Origin: Rhodothermales bacterium
GTDB taxonomy: Bacteria; Bacteroidota; Rhodothermia; Rhodothermales; DATKEJ01
Direction of reading: 5' to 3'
Assembly (NCBI GenBank): GCA_965250215.1
Contig: CBDFNN010000004.1
Coordinates: 4,443,403-4,507,402, forward strand
DNA length: 64,000 bases
Below the pieces are notes generated by a model. The model had not been told where the DNA came from and did not search any database. It saw only the letters and a program-made list of their open reading frames with translations. A program made the translations under genes and the position numbers. Position 1 is the first letter of the stretch; every line of letters starts with the position of its first letter. This document shows, in pieces, positions 38,171-47,960 of the stretch.

Positions 38171-40031
38171 AGTCCGCATTAACAAACCGCTGGAAACCAA
38201 GCATATTTCGAATGATCCTCAATTAGGTGAAGGATGTCCTGAAACTCCCAAGTCTGAAAGTGAAATGGGATTTGAACGGCGCGATATGGTAGACTGGTTT
38301 TCCCCCAAGCAACTCATTCGAGCTGGGGTTAAGTCTGGTCTTTCCGAGATTTTCGGGGCCTTCGCGGATAGGCGGGAGATACAGGCAGCTCTGGCGAAGG
38401 ACAACAAGATTTTCGATTTCTCTAGTTGCCAGAACGATTTCTGGTTCGACTACGTGGCCGATCTCGGCGATGGCTTCGATAGCACCTACACTGTTGCTAG
38501 AGCACTTGGCCAGCAACGACTGAAACTTTCCCAGCCCGCAAAACCTGCACCAGAGCATGACACTCCTCGTGGTCGACTTCTAATAATGGGTGGAGACGAA
38601 GTCTATCCAGCAGCAAGTCCTTTGGAGTACCGCAACAGAACCGTGGGACCTTACCGAGCGGCACTTCCATGGGTCTCAGATCTTGGAGACGGGCCTCCTT
38701 CTCTATTTGCCATCCCTGGCAATCACGATTGGTATGATGGCCTTACATCTTTCATCCGTCAGTTCTGTCAAAATAGATGGATTGGTGGCTGGAAGACTGA
38801 ACAAGAGAGAAGCTATTTTGCGATCGCTCTTCCTCACAATTGGTGGCTATGGGGAATCGATATTCAATTGGAATCGGACATTGATCAACCACAGCGTGAC
38901 TATTTCTGCGAGCTAGCTCAGAAGCAAATGACGGAGGGTTCAAATATCATCCTATGCACCGCTCAACCGACGTGGGCCTTGACAGGAATGGGAGATCAAG
39001 ATGCCCAAAATAAATTAGACTGGTTTCTTGATTTCACAACGAAGGAGACAGGACACAAGATCAAGGTTTTTGTCGCGGGCGATCTACATACTTACGGAAG
39101 GTGGGCAAGTGACGATAACGATACACAATATTTCGTGGCTGGAGGCGGCGGTGCCTATCTCTACCCCTCGCACGATCTCCCTGAAGTACTGAAACTAAGA
39201 CGTCACGACGGAAGCGGAGAAGAAGAAATAGAAACGGAAATAAAATCGCGATTCCCCAGTGTATTTAAATCGCGAATGCGATCTCTTTGGGGTTTAACAT
39301 TTCCTTTTAAGAATATCAGATTCACTCTCTTTCTGGGCTTTTTCTATCTGTTCTTTGCGTGGATTGTTCAAAGTGCCAGTAAATTTCAACAGCTCAGCGA
39401 AGCTTCAACTCTTTTAGATAACCTAAAAGATCACGGCTATTTTTGGCAAGGCTTTAAGGACTCGTCTCTAAGTATCCTCGAAACTTTGAAACACGCACCT
39501 GCAAGTGTCTGCATATTGCTCTTGATGATTTTCGGGTTCTACGCATTTGCTAGTTCGACATCTCGTGTCACGAAGATCGTAATGGGCCTAGTGCACTCCA
39601 TGCTTCATCTCGGGTTATTGGTTTGGTCTATATCGGCATTCGCAACAGCCAATCTTGTCGATCTTGGATTAGAGCTGGATTCTTGGAGGCAGATAGCCCT
39701 GTTTTCTGCTGAAATGTTTTTGGTTGGCGGCCTATTAGGAGGAGGAGTCATTATGGCCGTCTATCTGGTTGCCTCAAACATATTCTGGGGCGCGCACACT
39801 AACGAGGTCTTTCTTGGCCAGCGCTCAACTGCATTCAAAAATTTCCTCCGATTTAAGATTGACAAAGCAAGTGGAGACCTGAGCATATTTCCTGTTGGTA
39901 TTCCCTCGGTACCAAAAGACTACGTCCTAGACCCTGATGCCCTTAACGGTGATTCTTGGTTCAAGTCTAAATCGACGGAAATAGAAGATCTTGTTGAACT
40001 CATCGAAGCCCCTATTAATATTGCCAGATAA
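38163..40031 (+). CDS. calcineurin-like metallophosphoesterase fused to a C-terminal multi-TM domain
   Basis: Motifs GDLGDG, GGDEVYP and GNHDW. The C-terminal ~250 aa has 5-6 TM helices. The start overlaps the patatin stop by 8 nt. Confidence 0.7.
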   Translation: MGKVRINKPLETKHISNDPQLGEGCPETPKSESEMGFERRDMVDWFSPKQLIRAGVKSGLSEIFGAFADRREIQAALAKDNKIFDFSSCQNDFWFDYVADLGDGFDSTYTVARALGQQRLKLSQPAKPAPEHDTPRGRLLIMGGDEVYPAASPLEYRNRTVGPYRAALPWVSDLGDGPPSLFAIPGNHDWYDGLTSFIRQFCQNRWIGGWKTEQERSYFAIALPHNWWLWGIDIQLESDIDQPQRDYFCELAQKQMTEGSNIILCTAQPTWALTGMGDQDAQNKLDWFLDFTTKETGHKIKVFVAGDLHTYGRWASDDNDTQYFVAGGGGAYLYPSHDLPEVLKLRRHDGSGEEEIETEIKSRFPSVFKSRMRSLWGLTFPFKNIRFTLFLGFFYLFFAWIVQSASKFQQLSEASTLLDNLKDHGYFWQGFKDSSLSILETLKHAPASVCILLLMIFGFYAFASSTSRVTKIVMGLVHSMLHLGLLVWSISAFATANLVDLGLELDSWRQIALFSAEMFLVGGLLGGGVIMAVYLVASNIFWGAHTNEVFLGQRSTAFKNFLRFKIDKASGDLSIFPVGIPSVPKDYVLDPDALNGDSWFKSKSTEIEDLVELIEAPINIAR

Positions 40032-40034
40032 GCT

Positions 40035-41606
40035 ATGTATGATGCCATCGTTATTGGAAGCGGATTCGGAGGGGCGGTAACTGCCTGCCGTCTAACCCAA
40101 AAAGGAATGAAGGTTTTAGTCTTGGAAAGAGGGCGTCGTTGGTCTCCATCGAACTATCCGAGAAAACCGGGGGACGATTGGGTCTTTGATCCTGATGAGC
40201 CAGAGCGACAAAATGGATGGATGGACTTACGTTTTTTTAAGGACATGATCGTCGCTCAAGGTGCCGGTGTTGGCGGTGGAAGTTTGATCTATGCAAATGT
40301 ACTGGTAGACCCACCAGATCACATTTTTAGACAAGGTTGGCCTGCCGAAATCAACTTGGATGAACTCCAACCCTACCTTGATCGAGTTGGGAAAATGATG
40401 GGCGTACAAACAATTCCTGACGGCCAGCTTACCGCTCGTTACAAACTCATGAAAGAAGCGGCGGAGAAGACAGGTGATCAAAACCGATTCATGAAGCTGC
40501 CCTTAGCGGTTACATTCGATCCTAACTACTCTCTTGATCAAGACGATCCCTTCAATCACGAGAACTCAAAGACGTGGACCAATCTTCACGGCCGAGAGCA
40601 AGGCACGTGCGTTCATTTAGGTAATTGTGATATCGGTTGCGATGTCAAAGCGAAAAACACACTAGATCTGAACTATCTAGCTGAAGCGGAAGACGGCGGA
40701 GCCGAGATTCGACCAGGGCAACTTGCGACATATATCGAACCTTGCAATGGTGGATATGAGGTTCACATCCGAGGTCTTTTGGGAGATAAAAAGTGGAAGA
40801 AGTATTCGGAGAAAGGTGCAAAGGTTATCATCGCAGCGGGTTCACTGAACTCAACAGAAATCCTTCTTCGCAGCAAGTCTCAATACAAGACTCTTCCCCA
40901 TCTGAGTGACTTCTTGGGAAAAAACTGGTCTTCTAACGGCGATTTCCTCACGCCTGCTTTTTACAAGAATCGGAAGATATCCCCATCTCAGGGACCAACT
41001 ATCACCGCAGCAATCGACTATCTCGATCCTGAATCTGGCCGCGAACAGTACTTTATTGAAGATGGCGGTTTCCCTGATCTATTAGGAAACTACATTGAAG
41101 GTCTTTGGGGTCGAAAACTCAAGAAGGCCAAGAAATACAAAGAAACTCTAGCGGAGCTGCAAGAAGTCAGTCGCGGCCGAAATCCTTTGGAGAATATGAT
41201 GCCTTGGTTTGCACAAGGAATTGACGCCGCCGATGGTGAATTATTTTTGGGTCGAAAATGGTATGCTCCATGGAAGAGAAAGCTGAAATTGGATTGGGAC
41301 ATCGCTCGATCTGAAGGAGTTATCGAAGCCATCATCGAGCAACATCGCAAATTTGCCATCGCAACTGAGGGAGATCTTTGGGTACCACCAACTTGGAGCA
41401 TCCTTAAAAACCTCGTGACGCCTCATCCTCTCGGTGGTTGTAATATGGGCACGACCTCCACAAATGGGGTTGTAAATCATTTAGGTGAAGTATTCGGATA
41501 CCCGGGTCTCTACGTCGCCGATGGAGGCATTATACCAGAGGCCGTTGGCCTTAATCCTTCGAGGACCATTGCCGCTTTAGCGGAAAGAATTTGCGAAAAC
41601 ATGTAG
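40035..41606 (+). CDS. GMC family FAD oxidoreductase (cholesterol-oxidase-like)
   Basis: N-terminal YDAIVIGSGFGGAVTA Rossmann motif and a GMC C-terminal region. Starts 3 nt after the upstream stop. Confidence 0.8.
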   Translation: MYDAIVIGSGFGGAVTACRLTQKGMKVLVLERGRRWSPSNYPRKPGDDWVFDPDEPERQNGWMDLRFFKDMIVAQGAGVGGGSLIYANVLVDPPDHIFRQGWPAEINLDELQPYLDRVGKMMGVQTIPDGQLTARYKLMKEAAEKTGDQNRFMKLPLAVTFDPNYSLDQDDPFNHENSKTWTNLHGREQGTCVHLGNCDIGCDVKAKNTLDLNYLAEAEDGGAEIRPGQLATYIEPCNGGYEVHIRGLLGDKKWKKYSEKGAKVIIAAGSLNSTEILLRSKSQYKTLPHLSDFLGKNWSSNGDFLTPAFYKNRKISPSQGPTITAAIDYLDPESGREQYFIEDGGFPDLLGNYIEGLWGRKLKKAKKYKETLAELQEVSRGRNPLENMMPWFAQGIDAADGELFLGRKWYAPWKRKLKLDWDIARSEGVIEAIIEQHRKFAIATEGDLWVPPTWSILKNLVTPHPLGGCNMGTTSTNGVVNHLGEVFGYPGLYVADGGIIPEAVGLNPSRTIAALAERICENM

Positions 41607-41690
41607 TCTGTAGACTGAATCATACTTGAAATATCGAAAGCTAGCTGAGTCTTTGGGTCTTGTATTATCCCTGTATCATTACGGAGGTCC

Positions 41691-43136
41691 TTGCTATCTT
41701 TCGACATGAAAATCATGAATCGCATTACGAGCTTTCTAGTAGTCTTGTCTTTCCTAACGATCGACCTTTCAGCGACGGATCTCGAGATAAAGAACACACG
41801 CGTTGCAAATCGAGACAATGTTGCCCAAACACCGGTCAGCGTTCTCTTCGATTTGAAGTGGGAGAATGCATGGCACAACGATCGTAATCATGATGCCGTT
41901 TGGGTCTTCATGAAGTTTGGTGGTTCCTACAACAACCATGTCAAAATCGCCAAGGATGGCCATCGCATCCTCCAGAATCGAATCTCTAACTTCTTGGTCC
42001 ATATCGAAGTATCCGAGGATCAAATGGGCTTCTATATTCGACCAACTGAAAAATATCGGGGACCGATTGATTTGAAGCTTCAAATCCGAATCGACACCAC
42101 TGGAATTAAACCATCCAGAAGTCAACTAACACAGCTAAAGGTCAATGGTTTGGAGATGGTTTACATCCCACAAGGAGCCTTCAGTGTCGGTAGTCCAGAC
42201 GAAGAAGCCATAGAGCGAGCTGCACTATACGAGAGCGATGCCCAAGGAAAGTCTCGCGGCAGCTATCGAATAGATAGCGAAGCAGCCATCGAGATCGGAC
42301 CAAAGGCCGGTTCATTGTACTACTGGAGCGAGCGGGCACTTTATAATGGCGATCAAGAAGGACCTATCCCAGCCTCTTTTCCAAAGGGATTCAACTCCTT
42401 TTACATCATGAAATATGAATTGACACAGGGTCAGTATGCTGATTTTCTAAACGATCTTCCCGCAGCATGGACCTCTACTCGATCTCCCATTGGAGGACGT
42501 GACTATTACAAAAAACGAGGAGGAATTCGAATCGTGGATGGCATCTACGTGGCAGACACTAGCAAGAGACCGATGAATCAAATCAGTTTTACAGATGGAT
42601 TGGCTTATTCGGATTGGGCTGGTCTTCGACCTATCACAGAGCTCGAATTCGAAAAATCCGCGAGAGGCACAGTCGAAGCAAGTCCGGCGGATTTCCCCTG
42701 GGGCAATAATAACTACGACCAACTTGAACGATACGTCACGGAAGACGGTGAACTCGAGATGGCAAATGGAAACAAGGAATCAGAACTCAAGGAATCCAAG
42801 AGGCCAGTTTTTGGCGCATCCTTTTATTGGGTGATGGATTTGAGCGGAAGTGTTTGGGAAAAAGTGATCACTATCGGCAATCCAATTGGGCGGATGTTTG
42901 AGGGAAGTCACGGAGACGGAAAATTGAGTTTCGGCCATGCAACCAACTCGGATTGGCCATCAAGCGATGATGAAGTCGGCGGCTTTGGCTATAGGGGAGG
43001 AGGGTATTATGAGCTAGGGACTGTTCTTTCCGATTTTAATCCACATTCTCCGATCGGATATCGCTACTATGGCGCTTGGTCTGGTGGTCCCAGATCGATA
43101 GCTTATGGATATCGGGCAGGCCGGACGGCAGGCTAG
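41691..43136 (+). CDS. secreted protein with FGE-sulfatase (SUMF1/EgtB-like) domain
   Basis: Signal peptide. FGE-like motifs include MVYIPQGAFSVGSP, ISFTDGLAYSDWAGLRPITELEFEKSARG and GSVWEKV. The TAG stop is the first unit of a GGCTAGAG repeat. Confidence 0.65.
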   Translation: MLSFDMKIMNRITSFLVVLSFLTIDLSATDLEIKNTRVANRDNVAQTPVSVLFDLKWENAWHNDRNHDAVWVFMKFGGSYNNHVKIAKDGHRILQNRISNFLVHIEVSEDQMGFYIRPTEKYRGPIDLKLQIRIDTTGIKPSRSQLTQLKVNGLEMVYIPQGAFSVGSPDEEAIERAALYESDAQGKSRGSYRIDSEAAIEIGPKAGSLYYWSERALYNGDQEGPIPASFPKGFNSFYIMKYELTQGQYADFLNDLPAAWTSTRSPIGGRDYYKKRGGIRIVDGIYVADTSKRPMNQISFTDGLAYSDWAGLRPITELEFEKSARGTVEASPADFPWGNNNYDQLERYVTEDGELEMANGNKESELKESKRPVFGASFYWVMDLSGSVWEKVITIGNPIGRMFEGSHGDGKLSFGHATNSDWPSSDDEVGGFGYRGGGYYELGTVLSDFNPHSPIGYRYYGAWSGGPRSIAYGYRAGRTAG

Positions 43137-43160
43137 AGGCTAGAGGCTAGAGGCTAGAAA
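43131..43160 (+). repeat. 8-bp tandem repeat (GGCTAGAG) x ~3.7
   Basis: Sequence is ggctagaggctagaggctagaggctagaaa, overlapping the stop codon of the FGE-like gene. Confidence 0.85.
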
Positions 43161-43193
43161 AATTATAAGATCAAGAACAAAAACCAAGTAATA

Positions 43194-43634
43194 ATGAAAC
43201 GCAAAGCAGAAGCCGTCTGGAAAGGAAGTGGACTGGAAGGAAAAGGAAGTCTCAACACTCCTAGCGGAGTCTTTAAAGATCAACCCTATTCCGCCGCCTC
43301 TCGATTTAAGAACGAGGACGGAAAGGATGGCACGAATCCAGAGGAGTTGATCGCAGCAGCGCACGCTGGTTGTTTCAATATGGCTTTGAGTTTTGGATTA
43401 GGCGGCGCCGGCTATACACCGAGTGTTTTGCACACTGAAGCCATTGTCACCATTGAAAAGCAAGAAGAGGGAGGCTGGGCTATTGAAGGCATCGAGCTGA
43501 ATCTCACTGCGAAGATCCCAGATATCTCCGAGGGGGAGTTTTTGGCACTGGCTCACGCTGCGGAAACCGGTTGCCCGATTTCGAAGGCATTATCAGCGGT
43601 ACCGTTAAAACTGAATGCCGAATTGCTAGACTGA
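43194..43634 (+). CDS. OsmC/Ohr family peroxiredoxin-like protein
   Basis: 146 aa with the OsmC-type conserved Cys (AAAHAGCFNMAL) and a C-terminal region consistent with the family. Confidence 0.75.
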   Translation: MKRKAEAVWKGSGLEGKGSLNTPSGVFKDQPYSAASRFKNEDGKDGTNPEELIAAAHAGCFNMALSFGLGGAGYTPSVLHTEAIVTIEKQEEGGWAIEGIELNLTAKIPDISEGEFLALAHAAETGCPISKALSAVPLKLNAELLD

Positions 43635-43639
43635 GAACA

Positions 43640-43700
43640 GGGTTGCGGTTTGCGGTGTGCCGAAAGAAGGACTTGGTCGCGGTGTGCGGAGTGCGGAGAT
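43640..43700 (+). repeat. dispersed repeat family B (GGGTTGCGGTTTGCGG...), copy 1
   Basis: Sequence is ggttgcggtttgcggtgtgccgaaagaagg...gcggtgtgcggagtgcggag. A similar ~50-bp copy lies at 50495..50545, and an rc partial at 53375..53400. Confidence 0.75.
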
Positions 43701-43794
43701 TCGACTATCTAAAATCCGACGTCAAAGATAATCTCTCAATCCTACTGAACATGGAACACGGCAAACTGAACACCACGCCTCCGAAAGCTAACGA

Positions 43795-44001
43795 CTAAAG
43801 AGTACTCAGTGACGGAGGAAGGTTATTCCTAGCCCATTCTTTGTTCGGCTTTTCTCCCATTTCGAAGACGAGATTTCCGCCTTTGACGATGTCGCTATGG
43901 CGGATCCACCCCTGATCAAATGGCTGTCCATTCAGACTCGCAGATTGGATGTACTTGTTTTCTGCTGATACATTCCGAGCCTCGATTTCGAAAACCTTCC
44001 C
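43795..44001 (-). pseudogene. C-terminal remnant of a GH92 alpha-mannosidase
   Basis: Encodes GKVFEIEARNVSAENKYIQSASLNGQPFDQGWIRHSDIVKGGNLVFEMGEKPNKEW, which is a GH92 C-terminal signature. There is no upstream coding continuation; the N-terminus of ORF 43795..44091 is junk derived from repeat A. Confidence 0.55.
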
Positions 44002-44018
44002 GCTATCAAGCTCTTCCT

Positions 44019-44050
44019 GACGACTGAACGCTGAAGGCTGACGACTATAA
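44019..44050 (+). repeat. dispersed repeat family A copy
   Basis: Sequence is cctgacgactgaacgctgaaggctgacgactat. Confidence 0.8.
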
Positions 44051-44791
44051 ATACTCAAACAGCATCTCCAACATCTCGGGCCGGCCGGCATAGATCGGAA
44101 AAGGCACGACTTCGCCTCCTAGCCACATAGAAATATCGAAGTCCGTGCCATCGGCTAAGACAACCTTTCCCCCATTTTGCCGAACCATCGCGATGCCCCC
44201 AGCGATGTCCCAAGGAAATACTCCTTCTAACCAGACGGCATCTACACCGCCGCTGGCCAAGTATGAAAGATGTGCTGCACCGGATCCAAAGCAATTGATC
44301 TGTCCAGGAAAATTGGCAGCTATCCGTCGGGTCCTGTGGGATACCGTTGTCACAAATACTAAGGTCTCGTTGTGCAATGGTCTGACCTTCTTCATCTGCA
44401 CGCGAGTGCCGTTCATAAATACGCTTCCGCCTTCTGTGTGATACATTTGGTCGATCACAGGCATGTAGAAGTATCCTTCTTTTTCTTTGCCATCCTCGAT
44501 CAGTCCAATGGCCATGCCCCAGACCGGAAAGCCACCGACGAAGGACGCCGTCCCATCAATAGGATCCACAATCCATTGTCGATTTCCCGATCTCGCTTCT
44601 TTCCTTTGCCCCTCCTCTTCGCCAATGATTCCATCCTCCGGAAAATGTTTTTCAAGTTGCTCCACTATAAAAGCCTGGACAGCCAAATCTGCTGCCGTGA
44701 CGTAGGTCCGATTGCCTTTCATAGAAGGTTCTACTTTTCGATAATGACTTAAAGCAATCGATCCAGCTTCTTTTATTATTTCTTGTATCAC
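44045..44791 (-). CDS. inositol monophosphatase family protein (SuhB/IMPase-like)
   Basis: Motifs WIVDPIDGT and EE...metal-binding, plus WDIAGG, typical of the IMPase family. Confidence 0.8.
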   Translation of the reverse strand: MIQEIIKEAGSIALSHYRKVEPSMKGNRTYVTAADLAVQAFIVEQLEKHFPEDGIIGEEEGQRKEARSGNRQWIVDPIDGTASFVGGFPVWGMAIGLIEDGKEKEGYFYMPVIDQMYHTEGGSVFMNGTRVQMKKVRPLHNETLVFVTTVSHRTRRIAANFPGQINCFGSGAAHLSYLASGGVDAVWLEGVFPWDIAGGIAMVRQNGGKVVLADGTDFDISMWLGGEVVPFPIYAGRPEMLEMLFEYL

Positions 44792-44978
44792 GAGAAGGTG
44801 ATGGGTTTTGTGTCGTGCGTTCCTACGTGACCTTAGCTAAACTGAGATTGACACGAGGCCGAGAGTTTGAAACCAGGGTTAGCGAAACATAATGAACAAA
44901 TTTCCGCAAGTTAAGGAGCACTTGAAAAGGAGATACAGTAGACAAGTTATAGTATCTCTAGTTTGAATCAATTGAACT

Positions 44979-46286
44979 TTGCGAAAAGCTCTTTTCATAT
45001 TTCTGAAAGCCTATCTCCTGACGATAGTTTTAGTACTTCTTTTCATTTGGCTAAACACCACGTTTCAATCATTCCTAGGCCTTTTTGTTGATGTAATAAC
45101 TAGCAGAAAAGGGTTGATATTTTTCCACCTAGTGTTTCTCTTCGTCTACGTTCTGGTCCTGTTCGCACACTATTTCATGCGCGTCTATCGCACGAGAGGC
45201 TTTGCTGAGTTGACAAAGGCCGTCGCGCTGCGATTTGTGTTACCCATTGTTGCAACTACCCTCTTGATTGTGGGCCTCGTCAATATTAATTCCAAGGAAG
45301 TAGCGAGCTACGTATGGGATCATGCCGTTGAAAACAGCACCGGTCAGCCAAAAAACCTGTATGAAAAGGATGGCAAACATCGGGGTATGAGCACCTATCG
45401 ACTGACAAAAAGCAATGCAGCTACTATATCAGAATTGATTGAATCGAATATCGAATGGATTTCCATCTTTCCATATTTAGGTCAGACAGATATCCACTCG
45501 ACGGAAATAAGAGGCGTTGAGCAAGTTGGCGTTTGGTCTTCAAGAGATTCTTCTTTGGTTCAAAGCATTGACCTAGCACATCGAAAGGGTCTGCGTGTCA
45601 TGCTTAAGCCACACATTTGGCTAAGAGAGGGTTGGCGCTCAAATATAACATTTGATTCTCAGGAGAACTGGAATGCTTGGTTTGAAAACTATCGAGACAT
45701 AATGCTTCACTATGCTATGTTGGCAAAGGCATCTAATACAGAATTACTATGCATAGGAACAGAACTACGCTCGTCACTAAAAAATAAAGCTCAGGATTGG
45801 ATTGAACTGATTCAGGATATCAGGGAAATCTATTCTGGGAAATTGACCTATGCTGCAAATTGGGATGACGACCTAGAGCAAACTGACTTCTGGAGTGAGT
45901 TGGACTACATTGGAATTCAGGCCTACTATCCCTTGACCAAAGACAAGAAGCCCAGTTTGGAAACCATTCGTGATGGATGGCAAAAACACATCACCAAACT
46001 TGAGCTTATTGCTCGAACCCATAACAAATCCATCCTATTTACTGAGGTTGGATATCGCAACGATCAATATGCGACTATTGAGCCCTGGAAGTGGGGATCC
46101 ATTCTAAACAGGCTCTACAAAAGGAAGTCGGACGAAACGCAGCGATTGGCTTATGAGGCATTATTCTTAGAAGTATGGGACCAGCCATGGTTTGCTGGAT
46201 TGTATGCCTGGGAATGGTCCAGTGGAGATTTTCCGATCCATTCAAAACCCTCGGAAAATGTAATTGCCAAGTGGTACGGCAGGTAA
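44979..46286 (+). CDS. membrane-anchored clan GH-A (TIM-barrel) glycoside-hydrolase-like protein
   Basis: N-terminal TM helices, then an acid/base-like IGTEL and a nucleophile-like FTEVGY. Family not resolved. Confidence 0.45.
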   Translation: MRKALFIFLKAYLLTIVLVLLFIWLNTTFQSFLGLFVDVITSRKGLIFFHLVFLFVYVLVLFAHYFMRVYRTRGFAELTKAVALRFVLPIVATTLLIVGLVNINSKEVASYVWDHAVENSTGQPKNLYEKDGKHRGMSTYRLTKSNAATISELIESNIEWISIFPYLGQTDIHSTEIRGVEQVGVWSSRDSSLVQSIDLAHRKGLRVMLKPHIWLREGWRSNITFDSQENWNAWFENYRDIMLHYAMLAKASNTELLCIGTELRSSLKNKAQDWIELIQDIREIYSGKLTYAANWDDDLEQTDFWSELDYIGIQAYYPLTKDKKPSLETIRDGWQKHITKLELIARTHNKSILFTEVGYRNDQYATIEPWKWGSILNRLYKRKSDETQRLAYEALFLEVWDQPWFAGLYAWEWSSGDFPIHSKPSENVIAKWYGR

Positions 46287-46301
46287 TTTGCCTTTCGGTA
46301 A

Positions 46302-46370
46302 AGTTTTGGGTGATGAGTTATGGGTTATGTGTTCTATTCAAGACTAGATTTTTGAACTACTCATCACCAA
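46302..46370 (+). repeat. hairpin element, repeat family D (stem GGTGATGAGT ... ACTCATCACC), copy 1
   Basis: A perfect 10-bp inverted repeat separated by ~46 nt. The loop begins tatgggttatgtg. It lies between the GH stop and the RRM-like gene. Confidence 0.75.
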
Positions 46371-46463
46371 AGACTCAAGACCCACAACGATCCAGTGTCC
46401 GTAAGGCCTCGACTATAGCGTTATTAAGGTATAACAGCTATTCATCCTCCAAACCAAAAAGTC

Positions 46464-46703
46464 ATGCCTAAAAGAATTTACGTCGGTAATCTCCCTGTAA
46501 AAATTGATCGAGATCAAATAGAAAGCGCCTTTTCCGGACGCGGTCCTATTAAAGTTGTCAAACATGCTCAGCAGAAAGGCAAAGCACTCTTAGAGGTTAG
46601 CGGAGATCCACAAAAGTTTGTTGATCATTTTGATGGGAAATCAGTCGGGAATACCGTTGTATCTGTGACTATTCATCACGCGGAACAGGATGTCCTTATT
46701 TGA
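46464..46703 (+). CDS. small RRM-like RNA-binding protein (weak)
   Basis: 79 aa. KRIYVGNLP resembles an RNP2-like motif, but the rest is atypical. Confidence 0.35.
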   Translation: MPKRIYVGNLPVKIDRDQIESAFSGRGPIKVVKHAQQKGKALLEVSGDPQKFVDHFDGKSVGNTVVSVTIHHAEQDVLI

Positions 46704-46769
46704 GGGTATAGATTCACGCCGATCCAGCGGATCGTCTGTTGAAATGACTTTGCATAGACAGTGTAGATC

Positions 46770-47960
46770 TCACACCCGGCCTTCGGCGGGCCGGTTGAGA
46801 TGACTTGCCAATAGGCTATGAAAGTGGTGGACGCCTTTTTCCATCGTAGGTGAAAAGCGGCCGGCCTCGTAGAACCTGGACTTCAGCCCCTTGTGAACTC
46901 CCTCCACAACAAACTCGTCCTCCCTCTCAACTTTGTCTAATATTGATCCTGCACCAGAAGCCAGTTTCGACTGGTCATAGACATAAGAAATGAATGACAC
47001 TTTTGTCTTATCCATCGAGATAGGTCGAACAATATTGATCGACAGACCCCAGGGGTAGAAATTGAACATCATGTTCGGGAAGGCCCAGTAATAATAGGCG
47101 GCAACATGCCGACCAAAATCTGGGTGACCTTGGGGTAAATCGAAAACCTCCTCTCCCCCTGACGAATAGCCTATCTGGAGATTGCAGTGATCGTAGATCT
47201 CCGTCGTGTAATCGCCATAGTCTAGGACATCGTTCAGATCGCTGTGAACAAATGGGATATGGAATCCTTCGAGGTAATTGTCGCAGTAGAGCGCCCAATG
47301 ACAATTGATCAAATAGTCCTTTCCGTGACTCGTGTCAAGCTTGAATTCATTCAAAGGAAGGAATCCGACTCGCTCCTTCATTTTATCAATGACGCTAGAA
47401 AAATCGAAGGATGGATCTGGAGAGACAAAAAGATGCTGGCCCCACTCTCTGAGCTGAAATTCGTGCAGGTCATCACAGGGTCTCGGAAAATCTTCTGCCT
47501 CTTCAAACTGTGGCATCTTTCTGAACTTCCCGTCGAGCCCGAAGCGTCGCCCATGATACATGCAAATCATGTTCCTCTGCTTGGCTGGATTTTGTACAAC
47601 CAGATTTCCTCTATGTGTACATACGTTTGTAAAGCATCGAACCTTACTGTCCGAATCTCTACTCAAGACCATCGGCTCCGTCAGATAATTGTCCAGCATT
47701 ACGAAGGGATGTACCGACTCGTCCAGCGCGACCAAATCCTTATCGCCAATCCATTGCCACGACTTAAGAAAGACCTTCTCCTTAATGGCCTCGAAGACGG
47801 CTTCATCCTTATAGAAAGAGGCCGGAAGGGTTGAGGCCTTAGTGATATCTGGGTCGATTTGAAATTGGTTATGCGTGATGAGTGATGGGTATTGGGTTGA
47901 AGAAATATTATTACGTGCTAGCAAAGGTAAGAATTGAGAGAAAATAAACTCATCACCCAT
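46770..47960 (-). CDS. Rieske [2Fe-2S] non-heme iron oxygenase alpha-subunit-like protein
   Basis: Rieske motifs CTHRG...CMYHGRRF and a mononuclear Fe motif NCHWALYCDNYLEGFHIPFVH. The first ~30 codons overlap repeat D copy 2, so the start is uncertain. Confidence 0.65.
   Translation of the reverse strand: MGDEFIFSQFLPLLARNNISSTQYPSLITHNQFQIDPDITKASTLPASFYKDEAVFEAIKEKVFLKSWQWIGDKDLVALDESVHPFVMLDNYLTEPMVLSRDSDSKVRCFTNVCTHRGNLVVQNPAKQRNMICMYHGRRFGLDGKFRKMPQFEEAEDFPRPCDDLHEFQLREWGQHLFVSPDPSFDFSSVIDKMKERVGFLPLNEFKLDTSHGKDYLINCHWALYCDNYLEGFHIPFVHSDLNDVLDYGDYTTEIYDHCNLQIGYSSGGEEVFDLPQGHPDFGRHVAAYYYWAFPNMMFNFYPWGLSINIVRPISMDKTKVSFISYVYDQSKLASGAGSILDKVEREDEFVVEGVHKGLKSRFYEAGRFSPTMEKGVHHFHSLLASHLNRPAEGRV

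Noticed and set aside
43127-43160. Possibility that TAG is recoded (stop embedded in the GGCTAGAG repeat, and the in-frame TAG in the M16 peptidase)
   Set aside because: Other TAG-terminated genes, for example the CaCA antiporter and the amine-oxidase fragment, show no conserved continuation after TAG. Most genes end in TAA/TGA/TAG at expected family boundaries. A single interrupted gene is better explained by mutation or sequencing error.
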